DNA of 63,714 nt, filler included, from Conidiobolus incongruus B7586 (taxonomy: Eukaryota), in the NCBI GenBank assembly GCA_000697335.1. It is 20 parts of 20 records of this genome, joined end to end, with 100 filler letters (N's around TTAATTAATTAA, not from the genome) between each part and the next. Parts side by side here need not be neighbours in the genome. Positions count along the whole stretch, not along the records: positions 37,029 to 42,230 come from JNEM01004268.1; positions 42,331 to 43,951 come from JNEM01004269.1; positions 44,052 to 45,552 come from JNEM01004271.1; positions 45,653 to 49,386 come from JNEM01004273.1; positions 49,487 to 50,978 come from JNEM01004275.1; positions 51,079 to 52,702 come from JNEM01004277.1; 14 more parts are not named here. One strand, written 5' to 3'. Both the position numbers and the translations under genes were made by a program. Below the pieces are notes generated by a model. That model made no database searches. It saw only the letters and a program-made list of their open reading frames with translations, and had not been told where the DNA came from. Positions 38,280-51,224 of this stretch are shown piece by piece (within the stretch, counting starts at the first letter, position 1; each line of letters opens with the position of its first letter).

Positions 38280-40330
38280 ATGGCTACCAAAAAAATGCGT
38301 ACTAAAAGGGTAGAAATCGATAAACTTCTACCCATTTATAAAGAAGGGCAAATAAATCTAAACGAAGGTGGCTTTGAACATAGGCCGGTAGAAAGTGTTG
38401 AGACTGGTGTTGAAAAAGAAGAAGAACAGGTAAAATAACTTCACAACTTTCACTAGCTTCATCAAGTTTATCAAATCAAGATGATATCATTGCAAGTCAT
38501 CAACTTTTTGAATTGATTAAAAAAGCTTTCTTTGGTACTGCAGATATATATTATTTAAATATATATATATATATATATTTGTGTACCATTTAAACTGTTG
38601 TATCTGCTCCGTTAATATATTTTTGCTACTTTCTTGGCAGTAAACGATTTTTGGGAAAGTGGCATTTTTGTAAATTGGGGCAATTTTGTTTCATTAATGT
38701 AATCCTATTGGTTGAATTTTAGGGCAGTTTTGAACAATTCAAATCCCCCAATTTTTTTTGCCCCAAATTTCTTCAACCAATCAAATTGTTTCAAACTTTA
38801 TGCAATTTTTTTACAATCATCTAAATAATTTTGATGCTAATCACTTATTTTCCATTTTAGGAACACCATTTGCAAAAAGTAATCAATAACAGTAATGCAG
38901 ATTCTAAAGCCCAAGCATACATTCCAACACCCGATGCTTCAAAGAAAGTAGAAAATTATAATCAATTGTATACTAGAACATTTACCCCTCCCAAAAATTA
39001 TATCCGATTTACCTCAACGGTCGAGCATTGTGTCGGAACCACTTACTGCATGGATTCAAAAGATATGGAGTGGCTGCAAGCATATAATCAAAAGTCTCCT
39101 GGGTCTAAGATATCAGAGGATCTATTTGAATTAGTAATGGATCGTATTGAAAAATATGCTGATAAGAAAACGACAAATCCGGAGGTATTACAATTAATAT
39201 TATAACTTTTTTACCTAGCTCACTAAGCGAAACATAGGATATCAAAACATTTACTATTGATACTGTGAAATTGGAATTAAGAATACCCGACGTGCCTTTT
39301 GGAATAGTGCATGAGATATTTTTATACTGGAAAAAGAGACATCATGATTCTCTATATAAGAGAATCCTGGTAGCTCCCCATATTAAGGTAAATATATATT
39401 GTATTATCAATTTCACATGATTAACATAATTATTAGTATCAAACGAAAGATAATTCGCTGGAAGATTCAGATCCTTATATTTGCTTTCGTGGTAGAGATA
39501 GTAAGCCAGTTCGCAGAACGAGGCTGGTTGATCAAAATGCTACACTTAAGCTGGATAACCTTTATAACACATTACAGTCTTCAATAGACTTGATCAGACT
39601 AGTAAAACAAAGAGAAGAAACTAGGCATAAGCTTATGATGCTGGAAAAAGATATTCCAGCTTCTAAAATTAAGCTAACTTTCCTGAAAAGGAAGTACAAC
39701 TGGGTTGACAAGAAGCACAAATCTCTTACTCCTGTATCCCCTGTTAACGATCATTCAGAATATGCTCCTATAGAAGTTAAGAAGCATAAGACCGAGCACC
39801 CCAAAACCAAAACACATAATCGCGTACCTCGTCCTCTTGCTGCTCACTTACCTCCTGGTATTTCCAAGCCGAAAATCAATATTCCATTTGACTATAGGGA
39901 TGATTGGGCATTGCTCGGTCTTCAGTTACCATACATCTCTCAGTCTGAAGCTGCTTTTATATCTCCGGACCACTATCATAGATCTTTCCAAGCTCACAAT
40001 ATACTCGACAATGAATATAATATTCCAGTATTTAATCGATGGAGAATAGGTAGAGGCGGAAGACTTATATTAGATCGAAAGCCTGCCTATCTTCATGACT
40101 TCACTCCTTTCCCTCACGATGATAGCACCAGCAACAACTACTCCGAAGATTCTCTAGGGTGGATTGAAAGCAACGTGAACCTGCCTCCCCCAGACTCGAT
40201 GGAGGTCTTATCATACTACGATAACGGCCCATTTAGGAAGAAGATGATAGATGGAATGAATCACCACAATAAGAGCTCTTTTCATCAGCTTTCTACTCAC
40301 TGGACAACCAAATATCCCTCTCCGAAATAG
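38280..40330 (+). CDS. EPL1: Enhancer of polycomb-like protein (NuA4 subunit), ~505 aa; exons 38280-38429, 38861-39184, 39238-39387, 39437-40330
   Basis: TGVEKEEEQ|EHHLQ, YIPTPDA, YIRFTSTVE, YCMDSKDMEWL, DPYICFR and RIGRGGRLILDR. Three GT-AG phase-0 introns. Confidence 0.92.
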
Positions 40331-41202
40331 ATTAATTCTAATACTTTAGTACCCTCGACAAGTCATTTGGAATGCGTATTTGGCTTGCCAAATGCAATAT
40401 CCACTGTATTATCTTATTCCCCCGTATATTCAATGTATTTAACAACCGACAGCCTCAGAAGTGATAGGTTTGAAAATATATTTCCGTCTGTATTTTTATA
40501 CCTTCTCAGGATCAAATGTTTAATAAACCATGATTTAATACTCTAACTCATTTATACCTTACAGATATCCCTGGGGGATTATGTGTAAAATATGATTGGT
40601 TATATCATCATCCAATCAAATCCGATTGAATTTTTAGTCAGACTTTATTGCCCTACATTTGCGTAACTTTAAAATTTAATTCGAAATTCAAATTTTAATT
40701 ATCACAGTTTATCCATTAAAATTTTTAGATAAGTGATTAGACTGTTTTAGTTAGTAAAAGTTTAAAATTGTATTAGATATAGTATATTTTCTAAATATTT
40801 TATTTTGATATTAAATAGAATATATATATATATATAATAACTTTATGTTGATTAGTATTCCATATCTATGAAAAGTTAAAACATAATGTATTCGCCAAGC
40901 ATATGTAATCATTCATTATCTAAATTTATCAAAAAATTTTATTTCAATTTAAAAATATTATAAAATGAGTACATTAAGAAATGATTTAAAAATACAAAGC
41001 AAAATTTGGAAAAAAAAAGATACTTAACTCAATGGGTTTTTATTAAATTGAGAAAAATATGTTAAGTTTTAATTAAGATATTTTAAAATTTTGAATTAAA
41101 TCGGATTTTATATAAAATCTATTTTTATTAAGTATTCCTTATATATATATATATATATATTATATTGTTTTAAATTGATTTTTTAATTTATGAATTAATA
41201 AG

Positions 41203-41462
41203 TGTCTTGAATAATTGATTGAGTTTATTTATAGATATTAGTTTGTTATACTTAGTATTAAGTAAACACTGGAATTACAATTTTAACATTTCTTATTTAA
41301 TAATTCCCTTAAAATCAAACTTGAGCACCCTTGTCCAAGTCTTGCATAAAGTCCAGAGATCTCAAGGGGATAAGCTCCAGCACCAATCCTGGAAGATTAG
41401 CTCAATTACCTCTTATGATACTAAAGGAGCTTATTTTTATTAATATTGATTTCTTGATCCAT
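41203..41462. repeat. Dispersed repeat family C, copy 1 (solo-LTR-like); left end approximate
   Basis: caccaatcctggaagattagctc...gatactaaagga...aatattgatttcttgatccatt matches 48740-49010. Confidence 0.7.
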
Positions 41463-42543
41463 TTTTAAATGTCATTGAAGAAACTTGAAATTTACTTCAA
41501 TTAATTTAAATATATCCTTAATTATCATATGATTTGTTTGTATCAAATTTGTTATATAAAGTGATATTTACCAAAGGTGTTTTTTATTCACTTTAGCAAA
41601 CTTTGGTCAAATCTATATTATGAATAATGAAGTATTGTTTTTTACTTATACTTTTAATATATTTATTAATTTTTTATTATATTTGAATTTTTAATTTTAA
41701 TTTTTAAAATTAAAATAATTTAATAAATTAGATTACTTATATATTAAATTTACAAGCTTTTTAATTTTCCTTGATAATTTATTTTATTAAAATTAAAATT
41801 TCAACTAATTATATGATAACCTATTATATATATGATATATTTAATAAATGATGATAATTTATTCTTTTTATAATAAATAAAGATATAAAAAATAAGTTAT
41901 GATAAATATATTTATATCCAAATTATAAATTAAAAATCTATTATTGGTTTTTATATATTAAAAATTTATTTAATAATATTAATTTTTTTGAAAATAAAAT
42001 AAAAATTTAAAATATACCTATTAAAAAAATAATCAAATAATATTATTATTTTATGTATAAATTAATATACCTTATACTAACTAATAGTATAAAATAATTT
42101 TGTTAATTTAAATTATAATATTGTAATTTTTTATTTTATAATTATAAAACTGATATTAGCTTAATAAATAATATTTAAAATCTAGAAATTCAAAAATATA
42201 TAAAATAAAACAAAAATAAATACTTAATTANNNNNNNNNNNNNNNNNNNNNNNNNNNNNNNNNNNNNNNNNNNNTTAATTAATTAANNNNNNNNNNNNNN
42301 NNNNNNNNNNNNNNNNNNNNNNNNNNNNNNAAATAATTTAAATATTTAAATAATAATAAAAATAAAAGACAAAAGATCTTATAAATAACTAATTATTAAA
42401 ATATCTCTTATTTTAAATTAATTACAGAATTATAAATTTTTACATCCTATAAATAGTTAATAAAATTATTTATCATTAGTAATATTTAATAGTCAGATTT
42501 AAATATATTAATGTATAAAATATAAAATAATATAAAAGCTATA

Positions 42544-43951
42544 CACTGGCATATAAAAATAAGTAATAAAATTATGATTATATATATTATTATCAATAAC
42601 TCTATTGATTCATAATCAAATTAATTTAAATTAAAACATATAATAAACTTATATTATTTATTTATAATCAAGTTTATTTGATCTAATTATATTAACTTTT
42701 AATTGATATATTAAAATTTAAATTTTACCTAAGGTGAGTTATAAATTTGTATATTTTGGTTATAGAAAGAAAATTAAAACTTAGTATATCTACCTTTTGC
42801 TTTCCTAACTTCTTTAAGTTTATAAGGCATAGAGTCAATTAATTTCTTATATTAAGAAGGATTAATTTTGTTCTAAACTTTTTAAACATATTCCCAAAGC
42901 TTATTTAAATTTTTTGCTGGTGGGAAAGCTTTAATTGCTTTTTTTAACTAATCCTAAAGGTGTTTAATTAGATTAAAGTTAAAAAATTGAAGAAGTTACT
43001 TTATAACTATTATTTTATTATTTTTAAACCATTTGATAGTAAAGATAATAATATAACAAAGGGTAATATTTTATTGGAAAATATCATCTAATTTATTTAA
43101 ACCTATATTATTTAATAATTTTTTTTAATTTATTGTTTAGAATATTTTAATACATCTGAACATTAATTCCTTTATTAACTTTACAAAAAATACCCTATAC
43201 CAGAGAATAACGTATATCCCTAAACTATAATTAATCTATCATTATATTTTTAGGTTGAAATAATATAATGATTATAAAGTAATTCTTTGTTTTTTTTGTA
43301 ATATCTAGCTTTTCTATCAAATCTACTAAAGTATATTTTTGTTTTATTAAACTAAATAACCTTATTCTAATTAGTTTTAGTTTAACTTTAATAGTGATAT
43401 TTAAACTTCCACCTAGCTTTATAATAAGACTTCTTTAGTTAAAGGTGTTTTTTTAAGGTGTAAATAATATTTATTATAATATAAAATATATATAATAATA
43501 TTAATACTAACTAATATTCTTGTATAATCTTATAATTTTTTCTATATTTCTATAGCAATATTATATTTATCTGTACTAACTAACCTATAAATATACCTTT
43601 TATTATATTTATCTCTAATCTTAACATGCTTAAGTTTAAGATTAGATATATATTTACTATAACTTTTAATAGCTTTAGCTAAAGTAAACTAACTAACACT
43701 AGTAATTCTAGTAATTTTACAAGTTGATTTATTTTTATTATAAAGTTGATTAATACATAAGTAAATCTTTTTAAAGAGGGATTTAAGTATTTTAATACTA
43801 ATTTTATTTAAAATAATAATTTACAAAATTAATATTAGTATATATATAATTTAATCAAAGAGAAATAAATTTAAGTAATTTTTGTTTTATATACCCTTTT
43901 AACTTTTAAACCCACAAATTTATAACTCACCCTATTTAAAATTTAAGATTT
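42544..43951 (-). mobile_element. Degenerate Tc1 (DD34E) transposon, copy 2; far end lost in gap
   Basis: Starts TA|CACTGGC. Inner repeats aaggtgagttataaatttgt (42731) and acaaatttataactcaccct (43914). The minus strand reads KKLIDSMPYKLKEVRKAKGRYT, a Tc1-type C-terminus. Confidence 0.93.
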
Positions 43952-44051
43952 NNNNNNNNNNNNNNNNNNNNNNNNNNNNNNNNNNNNNNNNNNNNTTAAT
44001 TAATTAANNNNNNNNNNNNNNNNNNNNNNNNNNNNNNNNNNNNNNNNNNNN

Positions 44052-44549
44052 ATAACTACCACCAACTGTGATCCATTTAGTATTCTCAAAAGGCTCATTA
44101 GTCAATGGATTCACTACATTTTTAATGAAATTTCCTGCATCTTTAACACCATTCAAACTTGAGAGATGCTTTAAATTCTTAATTGTCCATTCGTCAAATG
44201 GCTGACTCTCACCATAGAAGCGATGCTCTAAACCAAATAAGATACCATTATGATGTTTAGCCAATTCATACATATGACCCCCTAAGACAGAACCAGAAGA
44301 TAATGGACTTTCACCTCCAATATAAAGAAAAGCAGGACCTCCAAGTTTGTAAAATTGAGTATTTACATAGTATCTTTGCTTGAAAATAGGAGAGTCTGAT
44401 GTATCATGAATAAGGGTTTGATTGAACCATAGTGTTCGTAACGTACCACGAGGGACATTTCTAGCTAAAAAAGTATACTGATCCGTGATTTCTCTGAAAT
44501 GAACACTAGCCGAAATCAATCCAACTAGTAAAGCAAGTGAATAAAACAT
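44052..44549 (-). CDS. Secreted S28-family serine peptidase (prolyl carboxypeptidase/DPP-II-like); 3' part lost in gap
   Basis: Signal peptide and motifs FKQRYYVN, FLYIGGE, LEHRFYGESQP and WITVGGSY (nucleophile elbow), which ends at the N-run. Confidence 0.92.
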
Positions 44550-47500
44550 GATTAATCTTTTTTTTATTGCTTAAATCCTTAATGAGTTTAACAGCATTTA
44601 AATAATAAAAATTCTATTTTACTTTATTAAATCCATACATTTAAAAATTTATTTTTTAATTAAATTAATAATTTTCAAAATCTTTTTTTATTATTTCATG
44701 CATTTGGATAAACAGTTTTAATTCGAAATTGCGGCCTAAGCGGCTTGACTAACTTGATTATAAATTTTTGGTTGCCAATTAAGCATTTAAATATTAATAT
44801 ATCTTTAGTTCAGATTTAGAGATATTCCTATGGGTAAATATTTTTATATTATCCTATTTTGAAATAAATTCAATTAACATTGGAGATATTGATAAATCAA
44901 ATTTAATACTAATTTTGATGTCAACCTTATATCATTGTAACATTTTATAATTAATAATTATAATAATATACTCTATTATATATATGTAAATCTTATATAT
45001 AAGCAAATTATTGCCAATATATTAATATTATATGATATAAAAGATCAAAAATTCATATTATAATTATAATAATATATATTTAAAATAAATATTAGCCTTA
45101 GAATATTTTGAATATAAATAATTAATAAATAAGGATCTAAATTTATTTCAAATATAATATTCTATAAATACTAAATTCAATCTAAAAAAATAATTATATA
45201 TTAAATTTTTTTATATATAACTATCCAAAATAAGCTATATAGCTTAAATATATCTATTAAATTTTAAATTATATATTATGATATTATAATTTGGTTAAAA
45301 ATCATTAAAAAAATATTATAATCATTATTTTGAAAATATTTAATTCAAAGAATTAATTAATAAATATTAAATAATATATATATTAAGAGATTATTTGAAT
45401 TTTAATATATTTATTAATAATTAAAAAAAATTGAATAAATATTATAAAATAGGTTTCTTTATGCTGTTATTTAATTAAAATAAAATATATTATTGAAAAT
45501 AATTTATAATATATAAATTTTACTAATTAAAAAATTAATAAATTAATTTTAANNNNNNNNNNNNNNNNNNNNNNNNNNNNNNNNNNNNNNNNNNNNTTAA
45601 TTAATTAANNNNNNNNNNNNNNNNNNNNNNNNNNNNNNNNNNNNNNNNNNNNTTATTATTTAGAAACAGATTAATATTTAAAATTATATATAATATTTAA
45701 TTTTATACTCAATTTATATTAATTATTCAATAACTATTACTATATGAAAATAAATTATATTTATTCAAATCAAAATTATAATATTTTGTTTATAATATTT
45801 AATTAAGTTAATATTTTTTATTAAATATTAATATATTTTTAAACTTTATTAAACAATTAAAGAGTTAGAATTTAATTATAAGGATTATACCATATTTGAA
45901 TAAAATTATAAGATATTTTACAATATATATTAAAAAATATTTATTTAATAAGTTAATTATTATTTAATCCAAAAACCAATAAAATATTATAATTGTTAAA
46001 ACTTTTATATTGATAATTATTTTATTATATCTAGAGTATTGATTTTGATTGAATATATCGTATTATTCTGATTAATTATTATTTAAAAGAATATTAGATA
46101 TTTCTATAATAATATTGTATAATATTGAATTTTTGAATAAAAATTAATTTAACAAAAGATATTGAGTAATTCATATAATCAATATATAAAGTCTCAACTA
46201 AAACAACAAATACTAAAGATATACTTTATTATTTTATTCTTTATACTTCTTTATTACTTTAATCAGTCAATTTTTTAAATATTCCTATTTTTTATAATAG
46301 ATTATTTTAGTCATTAAAATTTATTATTTTCTTTAAAATACTTTATTAATTAATAATGAATGATTTTTATTGAAATACTGCTGTTTATATCATTTTTTAA
46401 ATTTTTATTGATGTTTTTATCAGTAAAGCTCTGTGTGAATAGTATTGATAATATGAAAATATAATTAACAAAATTAATATGACTATTGAATTTAATTAAG
46501 ATAATGAATCACTAAAATAAAATTAAATGATATTAAAAAAGAAATAGCTTTATTTGAACTAACACAAATATAGATACGATTATTTATTATTCAGCCTATA
46601 TATATATAATATATATATTATATATTATATATATGATTATTAAAGCAGTAATATTAATATTTATAATGAAAAAATAAATTTTTTTGATTGTTTAGATTTA
46701 TAGACAGTTTATAATCAATTTTGTTTCATTGAAAATTAATTCAGTTAATTAAAATATATATTAATAAATTATAATTTTCAACTTATTCATTTTTTAAAAT
46801 AATCTCTATTAATTTTAATATAATTTAATGTATTAATTATTAATAGTTGTGAAAAATTAAATAGAATGAATTATAATTTGTAAATAATATAATTTAGCTA
46901 ATCCTAACAATAAGAATTTAGATTTTGATATATTGGAATAATATTAGTGAATGAGTTATTCAACTATTTCAATAATATACTATTGATTTTCTACATATCA
47001 ATGCCGAATTTTGTTGATAAATTGATATTTCGAATCTCACTTTTGAACATATCTTTTATGTTTTATATATAATACTACTATCATCTATTTTAAAGAATAT
47101 ATTTTTCTTTATCTATTAAATAAGCTTTTGAAAAGTATAAAGATAAAATATTTAACTACTCCTACTCTAAACTATTAAATTTGATCAATCTATTGTTAAT
47201 ATTTGTTAGTTCAAGCAATAAAATATTAAAGTATTTTAAGTTGAATCAAGATTATAGGCTTGAAACTTGAACTAGTTAAATAAAATCAATAAATTATTCC
47301 CTAATGATGGAGATTTAGAAACAATAATTTTTTAAGATATTAAATTAATAATAATTTGAAATCACATAATAATTTTAATATTATGTAAGAATGATAAAAT
47401 TGTCAAAAAAGGTGTGAGTTTAATGGTAGCAAATCTTATTATCTAAAATATATTCACGTGGCAAAATTTCAATTAATTTTTCAAAAATAAAAAATACAAA

Positions 47501-48014
47501 AATACAAAAATATATTATATATAATATTAAAAATCAAATGATTCAATATTATATTTGATTAAAAGATTAATTTTTATTGTGATAGTTAATATATTTAGGA
47601 TATAACATAATATAGCTCATATTTGAAGTAAAAAAATGTAGATATTATTAAGGGTTGATATGAAATTATAAATATTAATTAAACAAATAATCAAAGAAAT
47701 TGATAAAATATCACATAGTTATAATTTATTTTAAAGGTGATAATATAACAGAAACTGAATTAAAAAATATTATTTTTGAAATCAATGCTGGAAGTAACCA
47801 CTATAATTTTTGAATATTGCTAATATAAAATAGAGAAATATAAATGATAACTCCTGACAAAACATATCATATAAAAAATTTAAATTTTAAAAGATTTACT
47901 AATAAAAGATTGTAAATAATACAAAAAATAATATGCTAATTAAAAATAAAAAAATTATCTTAATATAAAAATACATTTATAAAAAAATTATAAATAAACA
48001 ACATATTAAAAGAA

Positions 48015-48547
48015 TTATTTGGCACTTCTCTTCAAATTCGTAATATCTTGAATTTTTTTACCACACATTGAACAAATCCCCTTTTTATATGCACATCCTA
48101 AATTATTATTATTAAATTAATAAAAATTGGTAAACTAGTATAATTACCTTGGCAGTAGTGCGTTTTAGGTTGAATTAATTTCGCTTTACACAATTTACAC
48201 TTTTGTTCATATGGTGAAAAACTATAAATATTAAAAATGTTAATTTTTATTTAAAATATTATAAATAATATAGATTATAAATTACGTTTTATCCTTTGAT
48301 TTTGAAGTTAACAACTTATTCTCATTTAACTTTCTATCTTTACCAACTAAAAAAAATTTAATAAAAGAAAATTAAAATAAAAAATAATGTGAAAAAAAGA
48401 TTACTTTGAGTATTTCTAGCTCCATCTTTCCACTTATCGGGACATATTACTTTTGTTAGCTTTTTTTCACCTATATTATATATATTAATAAAATATATTT
48501 TTTTAAAATTATTTATATTATATTATCTTACAATCTTTACAAACCAT
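48015..48547 (-). CDS. CRIPT: CRIPT (cysteine-rich PDZ-binding protein) homologue, 99 aa; exons 48547-48532, 48470-48405, 48346-48286, 48221-48148, 48097-48015
   Basis: Spliced product MVCKDCEKKLTKVICPDKWKDGARNTQIGKDRKLNENKLLTSKSKDKTFSPYEQKCKLCKAKLIQPKTHYCQGCAYKKGICSMCGKKIQDITNLKRSAK. Four GT-AG introns; the exons total 300 nt. Confidence 0.95.
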
Positions 48548-48739
48548 TTTTAAATTTAGATAAAAAGTGACGAATGAATGATAATTTTAATAGATAAATA
48601 ATTTTTTCAATTATAATGGGATTATATTTTCTTAAATTTCTTTTTTTTATAATTTTATTATAAAATTCTGATTAATTTAATAAAATTGAAAAAAAATAGA
48701 TAATGTAAATAATTATATATTAAAAAAATATTAATTAAT

Positions 48740-49010
48740 AATCTCAATTACTGGCTTATTTAGAAATGACTTTTATCAAAATATTTATTAATCAAATACT
48801 CAATATCAGAACTAACTAATAAAATATCAGCTGCGCTTACTATTAAACTTGTCCAAAGTTGATTATATTTGATTATCACTAACCAAGCCTTATATGGAGT
48901 TTGGAGACCCAAAGGGGGTAGGTCCCAACACCAATCTTGGAAGACTAGCTCGATCAACAGTTAGATAATAAAGGAATATGTTTTTAATAATATTAATATC
49001 TTAAACCATT
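48740..49010. repeat. Dispersed repeat family C, copy 2 (solo-LTR-like); left end approximate
   Basis: caccaatcttggaagactagctc...gataataaagga...aatattaatatcttaaaccatt matches 41203-41462. Confidence 0.7.
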
Positions 49011-51224
49011 ATTATTTAATTTATATATTTAATTATTTATAATTACTATATATCTTATTTATATATTGTTTTTATATAAATAATTATTTTTAACCAATGA
49101 TATACTTATATTTTATTGAATAAACTATGTTTAGATTTATAATAAAACCGTTATAATTATACTTTTTATTTCTACTTTCATTATATTTATTATTCTTATT
49201 ATAGATATTTTAAGTTTTAAATTAAAAATAATTTATATTTAATAAGAAATACATTTAAATTTTTTATTCATTTAATCTTTAAAATTATTTTTATTTGGTT
49301 TTATTTTCTTTTTATTTTGTAGTAATATTTATAATAAATTTTAATTTGAAATTATCAAATTGTTAATAATAATAATAATAGTAATANNNNNNNNNNNNNN
49401 NNNNNNNNNNNNNNNNNNNNNNNNNNNNNNTTAATTAATTAANNNNNNNNNNNNNNNNNNNNNNNNNNNNNNNNNNNNNNNNNNNNTATAAAATAATTTA
49501 AATCTTTTAACAATATCTTTATTAATAAGTATACTATTATATTTAAAATTAAGTAGAAAAAATATAAAGTGTTTATTTAAAGTACCTTTGAAGATTTATA
49601 AGGAACATAATTTATTTTCATTAAAATCTCATAAATAAAAGCTTAAATAGATATTACTCTTCTTCTCAAATAAATTTTAAAATAATTTTTAGTTATTTGA
49701 ATATAATTTTAAAGGTTTATTGTAAAAAATCTTTAACAAAGATTTCTCTTTGTTGTTTTAACTATATTAGGTTATATTTAAATAAGATTAATTATTAATT
49801 TGTTAATTATTTTTTTTATTATTCACTTAAATATTATTGTTTAAAACTATTTTACTAGAGTTTTTACTATTAAATAACTTTTTAAAATATTTATTCTAAT
49901 AGTAATCTATATTAATCAATCTATAATCAAAGTATTTTTTATTCTTTCTCAAATATAATTTTTTTTTAGTTAAATGCTCTATTTTCTATATTATAGATAT
50001 ACCTATAATAATAAGATTAAATGATTTAGATAGGGAATTATTAAAACTTATATAGCAACTCTTATTTATTCTTTAATATAATTCTAATCATCTTTTATTT
50101 TGATAGTTATTTTAATTATAATAATAAAACTAATTGTTTTTATATTAATCTTAGAGTAAACAACTATAAAAATATTAAACTTAAGTTTTCTATTAAATTT
50201 ATCTTTTTTTTCATTTTTAATTAAGTTAAGAATTTTTAATTTAAGTAAATTTTTCTATAGAATTTCTAATTAAAGATTTTTACATAATTTTTGCTAGCTT
50301 GTTTTAAGTTAAAATAACTATATTTGATAAATAAAACTTTTATTTAATTATTTAAATAAATTGGTTAAATGTTTAAGTTTTATTAAATTAAAAAAAACTA
50401 TTATTAAAGTTAAATATGTTTTTTAAATATTTATACTATTAGAGTTTAACATAAGAAGTTAATTTAGATGTTAAAATTTATACTAAAGTATATAAATCTG
50501 AAGTTTTGATTTTTTTAAAAATTTTAATTAATTTATTTAAAAATTCTTTTAGTGTTTTAAGAGATTTTAAGTTATTATAAATAATTAGGTTATTTGTTAA
50601 AAATTTAACTTTGTTAAAGTTTCTGAAAAATAGATAATAAAACTCTATAACTATTTAATTCAACTATTATTTATTGTATATAATTAATTTACTAAATTTA
50701 TTTTAGTTTTAGTTTATGCTTAATAAAAGTATTATTAATATTAATAAAATTTTATTCATTAATAGAATAATAGTTATTATTACTAAAACTTTAAGTGTTT
50801 ATTTTATTTTAGTTATATATAAAATTATAAGTTACAATTACAAAATATTTAACTATAATAGTATAAATACTTTTAAATCTTTTAATTGCTGCTATTATAT
50901 AAGTAAATAATAATAGTTAAAGGTAAAAGAAATAAGTTTTTTAATATTTTAAAAAATATATAATAATTAAATCTTTTANNNNNNNNNNNNNNNNNNNNNN
51001 NNNNNNNNNNNNNNNNNNNNNNTTAATTAATTAANNNNNNNNNNNNNNNNNNNNNNNNNNNNNNNNNNNNNNNNNNNNATTTTATATTATTAATTATAGT
51101 AATATTAATCCAAAAAATATATTAATATTATTATTAACTATAGTATAATATATTTTTATTTTGTTCTATTTTTTAAGATATATTTGGAATTTTTAGATTC
51201 TGAAATTTGATAGATTTAAATATA

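Noticed and set aside
46900..47340. Possible decayed F-box/LRR-like gene; similarly a membrane-protein-like relic near 12880-13190
   Set aside because: Only vague residue patterns with many stops and no diagnostic motif.
49487..50978. Possible reverse transcriptase/RNase H relic on the minus strand (SIFQKL...LIIYNN)
   Set aside because: It needs several frameshifts and back-mutations, so it is not supportable without an HMM search.
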